A stretch of DNA of 64,000 nucleotides from Bacteroidota bacterium (GTDB lineage: Bacteria > Bacteroidota > Bacteroidia > Chitinophagales > Saprospiraceae), in contig JBEAPR010000067.1 in NCBI GenBank assembly GCA_041164265.1, positions 425-64,424 on the forward strand. The letters run 5' to 3'. The notes beneath the pieces were generated by a model. That model saw nothing but the letters and a program-made list of their open reading frames with translations. It ran no database searches and had not been told where the DNA came from. Shown one piece after another: positions 1-9,562 of this stretch; the first letter of the stretch is position 1, and each line of letters starts with the position of its first letter. Position numbers and translations under genes: made by a program.

Positions 1-822
1 ATTTTAGAACGTAAGGGGGTGCAACTAAAGTTAATTCCGAATACTCCATTTAATCATACTGCAACCCAAGACAAAGTTGGATTTTTCACAGTTGATGATG
101 TTAAAAAACTCATCACTGCTAAAACTAAAATTGTCGCCCTGAGCCATGTACAATTTACCAGCGGGTTTGCGATTGACCTCGCTGAAATTGGTGCCCTTTG
201 CCAATCTAATAATATAGATTTGATTATCGATGCGGCTCAGAGTATGGGATGCTTGCCCATCTATCCAGACGAATTTGGAATTTCAGCGGTGGCAGCAGCT
301 GGGTGGAAATGGTTAATGGGACCTTTTGGTTCGGGTGTTTTCTATACCAGCCCCTCCCTTCGGGAAAAATTAGACCCTGTGTTGATAGGTGCGGAAACGA
401 TGGAACAAGGCTTTGAATACCTCAACCATGAGTGGACACCACATCAAAGCGCCAAAAGATTTGAGTATTCCTCCTCCTCAGTAGCTCTTTCAGCTGGGTT
501 AAGAGAAAGTGTAGAAAGCGTGCATTTTGCCCAACCTTCTATAGAATCGATTAGAGATCAAGTTATTCATTTACAAAATCACTTTCTCCAACATCTTGAA
601 AACACCCAAATAGTCCCTATTCTTCATGAAGATAGGCACCGATCTGGAATACTGGCTCTTTCAGTTGCTGATCCCAAGGACCTCGTTCAATATTTAGCAA
701 GCAATCAAATTATATGTACCCCGAGAAACGGGTTTGTAAGAGTAGCCCCATTTGTTCACCATACGAATCAACAAATGGAGCATTTGGCTGAGGTCATCAA
801 TAATTATAAAGGCCTTGCTTAA
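1..822 (+). CDS. Class V-fold PLP aminotransferase (cysteine desulfurase/CsdA-like), C-terminal part; the 5' end lies outside the window
   Basis: Frame 1 is open from nt 1. AAAGWKWLMGPFGSGVFY resembles the class V PLP-lysine block. Stop TAA 820-822 shares the tetranucleotide TTAA with the stop of the convergent gene. Confidence 0.7.
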   Translation: MLERKGVQLKLIPNTPFNHTATQDKVGFFTVDDVKKLITAKTKIVALSHVQFTSGFAIDLAEIGALCQSNNIDLIIDAAQSMGCLPIYPDEFGISAVAAAGWKWLMGPFGSGVFYTSPSLREKLDPVLIGAETMEQGFEYLNHEWTPHQSAKRFEYSSSSVALSAGLRESVESVHFAQPSIESIRDQVIHLQNHFLQHLENTQIVPILHEDRHRSGILALSVADPKDLVQYLASNQIICTPRNGFVRVAPFVHHTNQQMEHLAEVINNYKGLA

Positions 823-1946
823 CCCATCAAAATAGTACTGATTACAGAGCAAAATTTTGCAGTTTGGTCTGGAGTCCCCGTACTAATTCTACACCAATCG
901 TTATATGGGGGAAATGGTCTTCCGACCAGAACACCTAACCGCTCGGCTCGTGACTGTAATTCCTGAATGGGAATGCCAGATTTGAAAAATACAAAATTAC
1001 CATGGGTGCGAATGTATTTCAATCCCATTCTATCTAGCGTCTGATAGATTTGCTCTTTGGCTTCTTCATTTAGCGCTAAACTTTTGTCATAGAATGACTG
1101 GTCATCAAGCGCGGCTTCTGCAGCAAACATAGCAGGGATGTTCATGCCGCCCATGGATAAACTTTTTAAGGAGGCGGCGATATTAGGTTGGGTCACTAAA
1201 TATCCAATTCGCATACCTGCCAATCCATATACTTTAGAGAAGGTTTTCGCAACGATAACTTTAGCTCCTTCTTTAACCAAAGATACTCCTGTAGGGTAAT
1301 TAGGCTCCCTGATATAATCAATATAGGCTTCATCAATAAAAACCATGGATTTCTTAGAGATTCTTCTACCAAAGTCCATAAAAGAATCTCCTTCTAATAA
1401 AGTTCCCGTTGGATTGTTCGGATTGCAAAGATAAACCAAAGCGGTTTGATCAGTAACAGCCCTCTCCATCCCCGGTAAATCATGCACCAGCTCATCATTA
1501 AGAGGCACATAATTGATTCGAGCTCCAAATTGGGCCGCATAGCTCATTAGCGCCAAAAAAGTTGGGGTCGCAGCGACTATTTCACTACCAGCCATGCCAT
1601 ACATCATCCCTGCCATTTTTAATCCTTCTGTGGATCCAGCAGTTAATACGATAGAATCGGTACTAACTCCCTCCTTTGCTGCAATTTTTTCTAGTAATTG
1701 GCCTGGATAAAAGGAGGGATAACGGCAGGCATAATCCATTCCTTCAGCTATCTTTTTCCTGACATAGCCTGAGGGGCCATAAGGATTTTCGTTAGCACTC
1801 AGTCGAATCAAATCAGATGACATATTGGAGGAATGCAACCCATGATTATCGGGAAATGCTTGAAGGACCCCTGTTCCACTAAGTAAAGCTGCAGATCCTG
1901 ATAAACCAGCTTTTTTTAACCAACCCCTTCTATTAATTTTAGTCAT
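819..1946 (-). CDS. Class I/II PLP aminotransferase, histidinol-phosphate aminotransferase (HisC)-like, with an N-terminal twin-arginine signal
   Basis: Motifs LSANENPYGPS, CNPNNPTG and KTFSKVYGLAGMRIGY (PLP-Lys block). N-terminus MTKINRRGWLKKAGLSGSAALLSG fits the Tat motif plus h-region. Confidence 0.8.
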   Translation of the reverse strand: MTKINRRGWLKKAGLSGSAALLSGTGVLQAFPDNHGLHSSNMSSDLIRLSANENPYGPSGYVRKKIAEGMDYACRYPSFYPGQLLEKIAAKEGVSTDSIVLTAGSTEGLKMAGMMYGMAGSEIVAATPTFLALMSYAAQFGARINYVPLNDELVHDLPGMERAVTDQTALVYLCNPNNPTGTLLEGDSFMDFGRRISKKSMVFIDEAYIDYIREPNYPTGVSLVKEGAKVIVAKTFSKVYGLAGMRIGYLVTQPNIAASLKSLSMGGMNIPAMFAAEAALDDQSFYDKSLALNEEAKEQIYQTLDRMGLKYIRTHGNFVFFKSGIPIQELQSRAERLGVLVGRPFPPYNDWCRISTGTPDQTAKFCSVISTILMG

Positions 1947-1958
1947 AATACTTTCATT

Positions 1959-2876
1959 TTAAGGTAAATCTACAGATCTATAGGCTGCTAATAAGGCCAT
2001 TTCTCCTTCTTTGCCCGGTTGGGCATTTCCGTGCTCCATTCCTAAGATACCATCAAAACCTCTCTCATTAATCACCTTGAATACATTTTTGTAATTGATT
2101 TCTCCCGTGGTGGGTTCTTTCCTCCCTGGATTGTCTCCAATTTGGAAGTAACCTATTTCATCCCAAGACTTTTCAATATTAGGAATCAAATTTCCTTCCT
2201 GAATCTGCTGATGGTAGATGTCAAATAGGATTTTACAAGATGGGCTGCCTACGGATTGACATATCTCAAATGCTTGACTGGATTTGGTTAAAAATAATCC
2301 CGGATGATCTCTAAAATTCAATGGTTCTAAAACCATAACTATACCATGCGGCTCTAACAAACCAGAAGCTTGTTTGAGGGTCTCAATAACGTGAGCTGTC
2401 TGGTATCCCATATCCTGTCTCAAGTCCAAATGCCCAGGTACCACTGTCATCCATTTGGCATTAACACGCTTGGCCACCTCTATGGAGCTTTTAATATCTT
2501 CGAGAAATTTAGCTCTTAATTCCAAATCCCCACTGGCTAAATCCGCCTTCTGCCAAGAAATAGAATGGGCAACGAAAACTCCCATTCGCAATCCTCTTTT
2601 CGCCATAGTTGCTGCCATTTGTTCTTGCAGCTCAACTGGACGGCCTTTCATTCCATTATCTTCGAATGCTGAAAAGCCCATATCGGCCATGAAATTTAAT
2701 TGATCAATAGGGTCTTTGCCCGCTAAGTTGGTAAACATGCCCAAGTGAGGTGCAAAGGCGAGTTTGAATTTTTCCTCTACAACATTCATTTTCGAGGTAG
2801 AGCTTACATTAGCCAATCCTGTGCCCATTGCAGCCATTGAGAGTGCGCTAGAGCTGATAAATTTTCTTCTTTTCAT
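1959..2876 (-). CDS. Hydroxypyruvate isomerase (Hyi)-like / xylose-isomerase-like TIM-barrel protein with Tat signal
   Basis: Hyi-type blocks VLEPLNFRDHPGLFL, FDIYHQQIQEGNL and FQIGDNPGRKEPTTGEINY. N-terminus MKRRKFISSSALSMAAMG. Confidence 0.8.
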   Translation of the reverse strand: MKRRKFISSSALSMAAMGTGLANVSSTSKMNVVEEKFKLAFAPHLGMFTNLAGKDPIDQLNFMADMGFSAFEDNGMKGRPVELQEQMAATMAKRGLRMGVFVAHSISWQKADLASGDLELRAKFLEDIKSSIEVAKRVNAKWMTVVPGHLDLRQDMGYQTAHVIETLKQASGLLEPHGIVMVLEPLNFRDHPGLFLTKSSQAFEICQSVGSPSCKILFDIYHQQIQEGNLIPNIEKSWDEIGYFQIGDNPGRKEPTTGEINYKNVFKVINERGFDGILGMEHGNAQPGKEGEMALLAAYRSVDLP

Positions 2877-2878
2877 AA

Positions 2879-3847
2879 TCAGGGTATTTTTTGATGATGA
2901 TTAAATGTTTTGTATGTGACCTTGGGAAATTTTTCAGTGATCATGAGCTCCCCTTCAATTGGAGTTAAAATACTCAGAGTAGAGGCTAGACCATCAGCTA
3001 AGGCTGCTGAAGGTGCTTGAACACTTAATACTTGATGATGAGTTATTCCATAACCCGTTCTGGGATCAATGATATGAGAATAGTGAATTCCCTCATGGAG
3101 AAGGTATCTATAGGTACTTCCAGAGGTCGCAATTGCAGTATTAACTAGATTCACCTCCTTAATTTCTTGATAGCCTCCTTCAATACCAATATGCCAACTG
3201 TGTAGAGTAGGAGGAGCATCTCCAATTAATAAATCTCCACCAGCATCTATAAGGTAAGCATAAATTCCATAAGATTCTAAAATCATGGCTAATCGGTCAG
3301 CTGTGTAGCCCTTTGCTATTCCACCAAAATCGAACTTTATAGAATCGGCTAAAAATACAATAGAGTGGTCCTCTTGATGTAATAATATCCGGTTAAAACC
3401 AACCTGTTCTTTGGCTTTTAATACCTTATTTTTTTCTGGAAATATTCCCGATTTCTGCGCTTCCCTCCACAATTTAGATAAAGGTCCTATAGTTGGGTCA
3501 AAGACCCCATTTGATTGTTGGTATAATTCATTGCTTAACCATAAAACCTCAAATAATTCAGTAGGGATAACCTTCCGTTGGTTTAAAGTTAATTGAGCAC
3601 TTAAAAGATTAATATAACTATCAGATCGATAATCGCTGAATAATTGCTCTAACCTTTCTAATTCCATAAATGAGGCCATAGAGGCTTCGTTCGCTTGTCT
3701 TTCCTCAATCGCATAGAACGTGAGCGTAAAGAGGGTACCCATTCCCGGTTTGGAAAAGGTAAACTTTGACCACTCTTGACAACTTAAAGAAGAATGGGAA
3801 AGTAAAAAGGGTAAAAATACCCAAATGGATACCCTCCTAATTATCAT
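2879..3847 (-). CDS. apbE: FAD:protein FMN transferase (ApbE family), exported
   Basis: ApbE blocks FDPTIGPL, FDFGGIAKGYTADR, DAGGDL, TSGSTYRY and HIIDPRTG. Hydrophobic N-terminal signal. Confidence 0.85.
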   Translation of the reverse strand: MIIRRVSIWVFLPFLLSHSSLSCQEWSKFTFSKPGMGTLFTLTFYAIEERQANEASMASFMELERLEQLFSDYRSDSYINLLSAQLTLNQRKVIPTELFEVLWLSNELYQQSNGVFDPTIGPLSKLWREAQKSGIFPEKNKVLKAKEQVGFNRILLHQEDHSIVFLADSIKFDFGGIAKGYTADRLAMILESYGIYAYLIDAGGDLLIGDAPPTLHSWHIGIEGGYQEIKEVNLVNTAIATSGSTYRYLLHEGIHYSHIIDPRTGYGITHHQVLSVQAPSAALADGLASTLSILTPIEGELMITEKFPKVTYKTFNHHQKIP

Positions 3848-3849
3848 AG

Positions 3850-5172
3850 CTATATGACCTTAGTTTCACCAGGTATAGCAACTGGATAATAACCATCCTC
3901 ATTAGGCAGTATAGATGGATTGGCATCCCATGCTAAAGTTGCTGGACTTAAATCAATATTGGAATTAATGGCATCATCCCATTTGATGAGTTGGCCGGAA
4001 TAAGTTGCCATTCGGCCCAAAATGGAAGTCATGGTACTATTAGCGGCATTGGTAGCGTCCTCAAATTTATATTCACCTTTAACTACCGCATCAAAAAGCA
4101 AATTATGCTCTACCTGATAGGGATTGGGATTTTCTCCTTTGTATTCATAAAGCGTATGCCCACTTTTAGTTAAAATAAGTCCTGGTTTAGGTGCTGAACC
4201 TGTGCTACCTTGAAAGGCCTCGGTGACTCTTGAATCAGTTCCCGGCATATGCCTACATTGGCTAAACATTCTAGATCCATCTGCATATTCAAATTCAACA
4301 ATGTGATGGTCAAAAATCTCACCGTGTTCTTTTCCTGTTCTAACTAATCTACCTCCTGTACCATAAGCTGCAATTGGATACGCTTGTTTGACCCAGTTGC
4401 CTACATCGAGATTGTGAATGTGCTGTTCCGTAATATGATCTCCGCATAGCCAGTTAAAATAGTACCAGTTGCGCATTTGGTACTCCATTTCAGTCATTCC
4501 TGGTTGGCGTTCCCTTACCCAAACCCCTCCTGAATTCCAATAAACTCTTGAGGTGTGAATATCTCCGATAGCCCCCTCTTGTAATAATTCAACCCAGGTT
4601 AAATATTGTTCTTCATAATGTCTTTGTAGCCCTACAACTACATTGAGTTTTTTATTCTTAGCTTCTTGAGCAGCAGCTAAAACTCTTCTTACCCCAGGAG
4701 CATCTACTGCTACTGGCTTTTCCATAAAAATATGTTTATCTGCTTTTACTGCAGCTTCAAAATGGGTAGGCCTGAAACCTGGAGGAGTAGCTATGACCAC
4801 TACATCGCATAGAGCGATTACTTGTTTATAAGCATCAAAACCGGCAAATTGTCTTTCAGGAGTGACCTTGATACGGTCATTGGGTAATTCTGAATCTGCA
4901 ATAGCATTTTTAATGTTTTCAAGGCTTTTTTCAATATTATCAGCAAAAGCATCGGCCATTGCTACTAATTGAACATTTTGACCACTTAAAAGGGCTTGAA
5001 CTGCGGCACCTGTTCCTCTGCCTCCACATCCAATTAATCCAATTTTAATGGCGTCATCCATTTGATTAAACCCTTTGGCACCTGCTAAAGAAGGAGCCAT
5101 AATTATAGACCCAGCTGCAAGTCCTGAAGCTTTTACAAATGCTCTACGTTTCATTGTTTTTCTAGTTTCCAT
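3850..5172 (-). CDS. Gfo/Idh/MocA-family NAD(P)-dependent oxidoreductase with Tat signal (periplasmic dehydrogenase)
   Basis: Tat motif MKRRAFVKASGLAAGSIIMAPSLAGA. Rossmann block IGLIGCGGRGTGAA. EKP motif (FMEKPVAV) typical of the family. Confidence 0.85.
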   Translation of the reverse strand: METRKTMKRRAFVKASGLAAGSIIMAPSLAGAKGFNQMDDAIKIGLIGCGGRGTGAAVQALLSGQNVQLVAMADAFADNIEKSLENIKNAIADSELPNDRIKVTPERQFAGFDAYKQVIALCDVVVIATPPGFRPTHFEAAVKADKHIFMEKPVAVDAPGVRRVLAAAQEAKNKKLNVVVGLQRHYEEQYLTWVELLQEGAIGDIHTSRVYWNSGGVWVRERQPGMTEMEYQMRNWYYFNWLCGDHITEQHIHNLDVGNWVKQAYPIAAYGTGGRLVRTGKEHGEIFDHHIVEFEYADGSRMFSQCRHMPGTDSRVTEAFQGSTGSAPKPGLILTKSGHTLYEYKGENPNPYQVEHNLLFDAVVKGEYKFEDATNAANSTMTSILGRMATYSGQLIKWDDAINSNIDLSPATLAWDANPSILPNEDGYYPVAIPGETKVI

Positions 5173-5183
5173 TTTGTTATATT

Positions 5184-6086
5184 TTAGTTCTTCAATGCTT
5201 TTTCAAAAAATGTTGCTACCGATTGGGCATCAGGCTGAACAATTGGACGAACCAATCTGAAACCCACAAATGGAGCATCGGTATTCCACCATTTGCTTTT
5301 TGGAATCTGTGGATCTCTTTTTTGCCACTGAGCAGTAGAAGCTATTTTGGTTTGACAATTACAGTCTGTTTTTGACGATTGGTAATTACTGCCCATTACT
5401 GACGTTGGATGCTTTTTCAAAGGCCATAGAATACCTTTTTCCCCTTTTGATTCTAATTCCAAATAATAATCTTCTGAATACCCATCCATGGTCCACTCAC
5501 TAACATTGCCAATTAAGTCATAAACTCCCCATTGATTGGGTTTTTTGGTTCCAGTAGTATGGTATTTTTCATCGCTGCTTTCGTCAAACCAAGCAAATTC
5601 ATCTGGCGATACTTCAGAATAAGAGGGGGGTAATTTTTGTCCACTTCCCTCGCTACAAACATATTGCCATTCTGCTTCGGTGGGTAGTCGGAAAAAAACG
5701 CCAGTTTTCTTATACAGCCATTGACAATAGGCCAGAGCAGCCCTTCTGGTCATACTCACTGCCGGAAATCCCCCTTCTTTCCCCATCCCGTAACTAAAAT
5801 CTATATATTGAGGAGTGGGTCGTGAGATGGCGTCTAATTTATAGGGTAGGGTGGGATGTGTTGAAATTTCAGTATCTAATTGTTTCTCTTGAAATAAGGC
5901 AAATTCGTCCCAGGTAACCTCACGAACTCCCATCCAAAACTCAGGTATTTCAGCGCCTGAAATTTTTCCCGAAGGGATGGATACCATCTCGAATGAAATA
6001 TCAGATCCGGGAATTTGAATATGGGTAACTTTTTGAGCTAGGGCATAATTGGCCGTTAAAACTACAAGTGCAGCTAATCTTATCAT
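5184..6086 (-). CDS. Formylglycine-generating-enzyme (SUMF1/FGE-sulfatase) domain protein, secreted
   Basis: Sec signal MIRLAALVVLTANYALAQ. FGE-domain blocks RLPTEAEWQYVC, NQWGVYDLIGNVSEWT and GFRLVR. Confidence 0.75.
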   Translation of the reverse strand: MIRLAALVVLTANYALAQKVTHIQIPGSDISFEMVSIPSGKISGAEIPEFWMGVREVTWDEFALFQEKQLDTEISTHPTLPYKLDAISRPTPQYIDFSYGMGKEGGFPAVSMTRRAALAYCQWLYKKTGVFFRLPTEAEWQYVCSEGSGQKLPPSYSEVSPDEFAWFDESSDEKYHTTGTKKPNQWGVYDLIGNVSEWTMDGYSEDYYLELESKGEKGILWPLKKHPTSVMGSNYQSSKTDCNCQTKIASTAQWQKRDPQIPKSKWWNTDAPFVGFRLVRPIVQPDAQSVATFFEKALKN

Positions 6087-6163
6087 GGTTTTTTAAAAAA
6101 AGTTGGTGGTTTGTTTCGTTCAAATATAGTAAATCAAAATTTTTAAATGAATGGAATAGTATA

Positions 6164-6195
6164 AAGATAAAAAAAGAGGCCCCAAGGACCTCTTT
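6164..6195 (-). terminator. Rho-independent terminator downstream of the TBDR/lipoprotein operon
   Basis: On the minus strand: AAAGAGGTCCTTGGGGCCTCTTT hairpin (7+2 bp stem, one mismatch) followed by TTTTTTTATCTTTAT. Confidence 0.7.
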
Positions 6196-6219
6196 AAATG
6201 TTTCATTTTTTACTGATAA

Positions 6220-6762
6220 TTATTCAATAACAACTTGGAAGGTCACCTCCACATCAGTTTCACCGGTACTACATGGTATTGAATTGTCCTTATCCGGTAG
6301 ATGTTTTAGGCTAATGGTTAAAGTTCCATTACCTGGTTGGAGAGTGGTCAAAACTGCTTCTAGTCCTAGAGGTAGGCCGTTTTCGTCATCATCTGATATT
6401 GTTATCGAACTTATGTTTCCAGAAAAATCAAAACAAACTAGATGTTCTGCTGATTCTTCTGCTACCTCAAGAGTGATATCTTCTAAATCCATTGGGTCAG
6501 AGGCATCTAAAAATTGAATACTCAAAGCATAAGTAGCTAAGGAAGCAAGTGTAATTTCATCGAGTGAAGGAGCATTTCCGCCCGGCCCATCTGGATCGGA
6601 AAAGGAAAAAGTCTGAATATTACCCAATTCATCGGTAAATGTCATAACCACATCGGTAATCAATTCTTCTTCATTGTCCATAGTCTGATCTTGGTCTTTT
6701 TCACAGTAAACCAAAATCAAGGGTAGAACTAAAAACCAAGTTAATTTCCATATATTTTTCAT
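6220..6762 (-). CDS. Small lipoprotein of unknown function, co-operonic with a TonB-dependent receptor
   Basis: Signal plus Cys (LILVYC-EKDQDQ). Acidic/K-D residues after the Cys resemble the Bacteroidota lipoprotein surface-export signal. Only 1 nt separates it from the upstream TBDR gene. Confidence 0.6.
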   Translation of the reverse strand: MKNIWKLTWFLVLPLILVYCEKDQDQTMDNEEELITDVVMTFTDELGNIQTFSFSDPDGPGGNAPSLDEITLASLATYALSIQFLDASDPMDLEDITLEVAEESAEHLVCFDFSGNISSITISDDDENGLPLGLEAVLTTLQPGNGTLTISLKHLPDKDNSIPCSTGETDVEVTFQVVIE

Positions 6763-6763
6763 A

Positions 6764-9085
6764 TTAAAATTTTGTTTTTAAGGTTAAAATTAAATTCCTC
6801 CCCATTTCGTCCGAGTAATACCGGAGGCGGTTTAGATAACTCCGATAGCGTTTGTTTAAAAGATTATTGGCCGTGAAAGTAATAGAAATGGGAGTTTGTC
6901 CAGCATTCCAATTCCAGCCCATATTCCAATGAATTAATCCATAACTCGGAGGGGGAGGAGCGTAGTCGGCGTCGGACGGAATTCGATTCTGGGATCCGAC
7001 ATATTCCCAACTTAATTTAGTGAATAAATCGTCTAGAGTCCCACTTTTTAGGGCTGGTCGATATTCAACAGCCCAATGCGTTTGATTAGCTGGCATATAA
7101 ATTAACGGCTCATTAGTTTGCCGATTCTCCCCTTTTAAGAAAGATGTTTTATTGCTAATTACCCATTGAGGTCCAATTGGTGCGGCCCATTCCCATTCGA
7201 TACCTTGAATCACTGCATTGGTCTGAAGATATTCAAATCCAGGGAAAGCACCTCGGATGGTCAAAACCGGCTGTTGTGTGGGCTGCAGATAAATGAAATC
7301 TCGTATTAAATTGTGGTACAAGGATAAAGATCCCGTAATTTTTGAATCTGTTGGCAGGTGGATACTAGCTGTACTGTTGATTGCCCTTTCGGGAAAAAGG
7401 TTCCTATTACCAATTTCATAAGAGGCAGACCCGTGATGCACGCCTTCGCTATATAATTCGTTCACGTGGGGAGGACGCCACAACCAACCAGTATTGGCTT
7501 TAATCGTCCAATTATTTTTTAAAGTATAAATGAAACCTACTACTGCAGACAGATTGAAAAATTCGTTCTGCACATTGATGGTATCTCTGCCTTGTGTGCT
7601 TACTTCAAATTTTTTATAGTCTAGCCTTAGTCCTCCTTCTATGGCCAGAGGGAAAGGAAATTTTTTCCAGGTTTCCATCCAATACCATCCCACTCCATTC
7701 ATGGTATAATTAGGAATTAGACCTCCTCGATCAGCGGTATTGTTTTGTCTGGTCCATTGAGTTCCCATCTTACCCCGCAATGATTTCCAATTACCGTGTT
7801 TCCACCCCAAATCTACCGTATGGGTAGTGATTTCAAAAGTGATGTCCCCAATTTCCTTTTCAGCGGGTAAAACCCCAAAAGGCCGATGGGCATCAAATTC
7901 CTCTCTTCGGTTAAATTGTCGGCTAACTTGGAGTTGAATCTCATTGGAAGAGCCCCATTCATAGATGTAATTGCCTTTGAATAATTCATGAACGACTCGT
8001 TGTTGAGGACGATCAATGGTATAATTAAAATCAGGTTGGATTAAAGGCTCACCCCGTTCTATAGCATTTTTCAAATCGGTCAAGTTGCCTATATGAGCTC
8101 CGGAAAAAATTCCAAAAGTCGAGGAATACCTAGAGTAATAAAATTGTATTTTATTCCTTTGGAACAATCTCTGCAAAGACCAAGAAAAATTATGCTCTGA
8201 TTGACCCGTATTATCGAGAAAGTAATCAGGAGTTTTGAGGCTTCCTCCTCTTTTCAAGGTTCCTTGGATTCGATATCCAAGTTTTGACCATCCTCCTGAA
8301 TATCCCTCCAATAAGCCTGAGGCAACTCCCATACGACTATTACTGTGTCCCTGCAAATGAATGGATCCACTTATTCCCTTTTCTTTAGGTAAGGAAGCTG
8401 GATTGGATTTGATGATTCCACCGAGGGCATTGCTACCGTATTCTAAGGTGCCTGCACCTTTTATAACAGTAATTTCTTCCAAAGTGAAAGGATCTATCGA
8501 TGGAGCATGCTCCAACCCCCATTGTTGACCTTCTTGAATAACCCCATTATTGAGTAGCAAAATCCGATTAGAATGCATTCCTCGAATCATAGGTTTAGCT
8601 ATAGTTGCGCCGGTTCTTAAAACGGATACACCGGGTAAATTTTCCAGAGCGGTGGCTAAGTTAAGTCCCTGATTAGTAGTCAGCTCTATTCCATCAACGA
8701 GTTGAGATATTTCACTTTTGGGAATCGGGGCGGCCTTACCACCTATTACGACTTCTTCTAGACGCAAGCCCTCCATGCTTATATTTAAAAATAAGATAGT
8801 GTCTTGTTGAATATCAACAACCCAAGTGCGGGATAGCAAACCTACCCTACTTATTTCTAATTCAATGATTCCTGGGCATACTTTACCTAATTCAAAATAC
8901 CCTTTTTCATTGGCCAATGTACCTGTTTCCGTTCCCCTAATGCTAATGGATGCATAATCTAAAGGACTTGCAGTTGTAGTATCTAAGACATACCCTTTGA
9001 GGATAATATCACATTTTTTCTGCTGTCCTTGAATGATCCCAATCACTAGCCAAAAGAGGATTCCGGTAATTACCGATTTCCTCAT
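6764..9085 (-). CDS. TonB-dependent receptor with N-terminal CarboxypepD_reg-like domain
   Basis: Signal peptide. Carboxypeptidase-regulatory-like N-domain (GYVLDTTTASPLDYASISIRGTETG). Plug blocks (VSVLRTGATIAKPMIRGM, NRILLLNNGV). Beta-barrel C-terminus ending TLKTKF. Confidence 0.9.
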   Translation of the reverse strand: MRKSVITGILFWLVIGIIQGQQKKCDIILKGYVLDTTTASPLDYASISIRGTETGTLANEKGYFELGKVCPGIIELEISRVGLLSRTWVVDIQQDTILFLNISMEGLRLEEVVIGGKAAPIPKSEISQLVDGIELTTNQGLNLATALENLPGVSVLRTGATIAKPMIRGMHSNRILLLNNGVIQEGQQWGLEHAPSIDPFTLEEITVIKGAGTLEYGSNALGGIIKSNPASLPKEKGISGSIHLQGHSNSRMGVASGLLEGYSGGWSKLGYRIQGTLKRGGSLKTPDYFLDNTGQSEHNFSWSLQRLFQRNKIQFYYSRYSSTFGIFSGAHIGNLTDLKNAIERGEPLIQPDFNYTIDRPQQRVVHELFKGNYIYEWGSSNEIQLQVSRQFNRREEFDAHRPFGVLPAEKEIGDITFEITTHTVDLGWKHGNWKSLRGKMGTQWTRQNNTADRGGLIPNYTMNGVGWYWMETWKKFPFPLAIEGGLRLDYKKFEVSTQGRDTINVQNEFFNLSAVVGFIYTLKNNWTIKANTGWLWRPPHVNELYSEGVHHGSASYEIGNRNLFPERAINSTASIHLPTDSKITGSLSLYHNLIRDFIYLQPTQQPVLTIRGAFPGFEYLQTNAVIQGIEWEWAAPIGPQWVISNKTSFLKGENRQTNEPLIYMPANQTHWAVEYRPALKSGTLDDLFTKLSWEYVGSQNRIPSDADYAPPPPSYGLIHWNMGWNWNAGQTPISITFTANNLLNKRYRSYLNRLRYYSDEMGRNLILTLKTKF

Positions 9086-9124
9086 TGTTTAATTAAATTT
9101 CAAAAGCTAAAATGGTACCACAAT

Positions 9125-9463
9125 TTAGTGGTAAGAAGGGGGCGCTCTGGGAATGATTAATTGGAGGAGAAAAGATCGATAAAGATGTTGATATTGATCA
9201 AAACCTAAAACTTTTCTTTGATGAAACCGCGGAGCTAATGCAAAAGGTTCGGTTAATTCAAAATTTGAAACGGAAAATGAACACAAATAACAGTGCTCGT
9301 GGTTAAAACTAGAGTCGTGTATATGTTGATCTCCATTTTCAGAATCACAAAGGGCTTTTGGAGTATTGTGAAAATGCAAATGATGCACCTCTCTAATGAG
9401 TGTAGGACCCAAGAGAAATAAAAAAAGAAACCAGACTAAGTATTTATGCCCTAAACACTTCAT
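9125..9463 (-). CDS. Small His/Cys-rich membrane-anchored protein, first gene of the TBDR operon
   Basis: One N-terminal hydrophobic helix, then HHLHFHNTPKALCDSENGDQHIHDSSFNHEHCYLCSF (9 His, 3 Cys within 37 residues). 39 nt upstream of the TBDR gene. Confidence 0.55.
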   Translation of the reverse strand: MKCLGHKYLVWFLFLFLLGPTLIREVHHLHFHNTPKALCDSENGDQHIHDSSFNHEHCYLCSFSVSNFELTEPFALAPRFHQRKVLGFDQYQHLYRSFLLQLIIPRAPPSYH

Positions 9464-9483
9464 AAAATGACTTTTCCACTATT

Positions 9484-9491
9484 CAAATATA
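9484..9491 (-). promoter_or_regulatory. Candidate Bacteroidota -7 promoter box for the His-rich/TBDR operon
   Basis: Minus strand reads TATATTTG, an exact TAnnTTTG, 20 nt upstream of the ATG at 9463. Confidence 0.35.
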
Positions 9492-9562
9492 ATTTAATTA
9501 CTTGTTTTAGGTCTAGAATAGAGGGTCAAAAATCTTATCTTGCCCCAATTAAAATACCTAAA

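Noticed and set aside
2455-2703. Antisense or out-of-frame ORFs of 60-150 aa nested inside longer genes. Examples: 2455-2703, 3411-3596, 3991-4173, 7813-8016, 13157-13399, 13754-14050, 15324-15602, 16345-16584, 21051-21413, 25381-25665, 34110-34430, 40324-42246, 53679-54048, 56278-56607.
   Set aside because: Each lies wholly within a well-supported gene on the other strand or frame. They have low-complexity or odd composition and no recognisable motif. They are typical shadow ORFs of an AT-rich genome.
6068-6517. 149-aa plus-strand ORF spanning the FGE/lipoprotein spacer.
   Set aside because: It runs antisense through the terminator hairpin and the lipoprotein gene. It has no motif, and its composition is dictated by the opposite strand.
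9467-9562. N-terminal 32-codon extension of the second TBDR (listed start 9467).
   Set aside because: The extension lacks a signal peptide and would run to within 4 nt of the divergent gene's start codon (9463). A canonical signal sequence begins at the Met at 9563.
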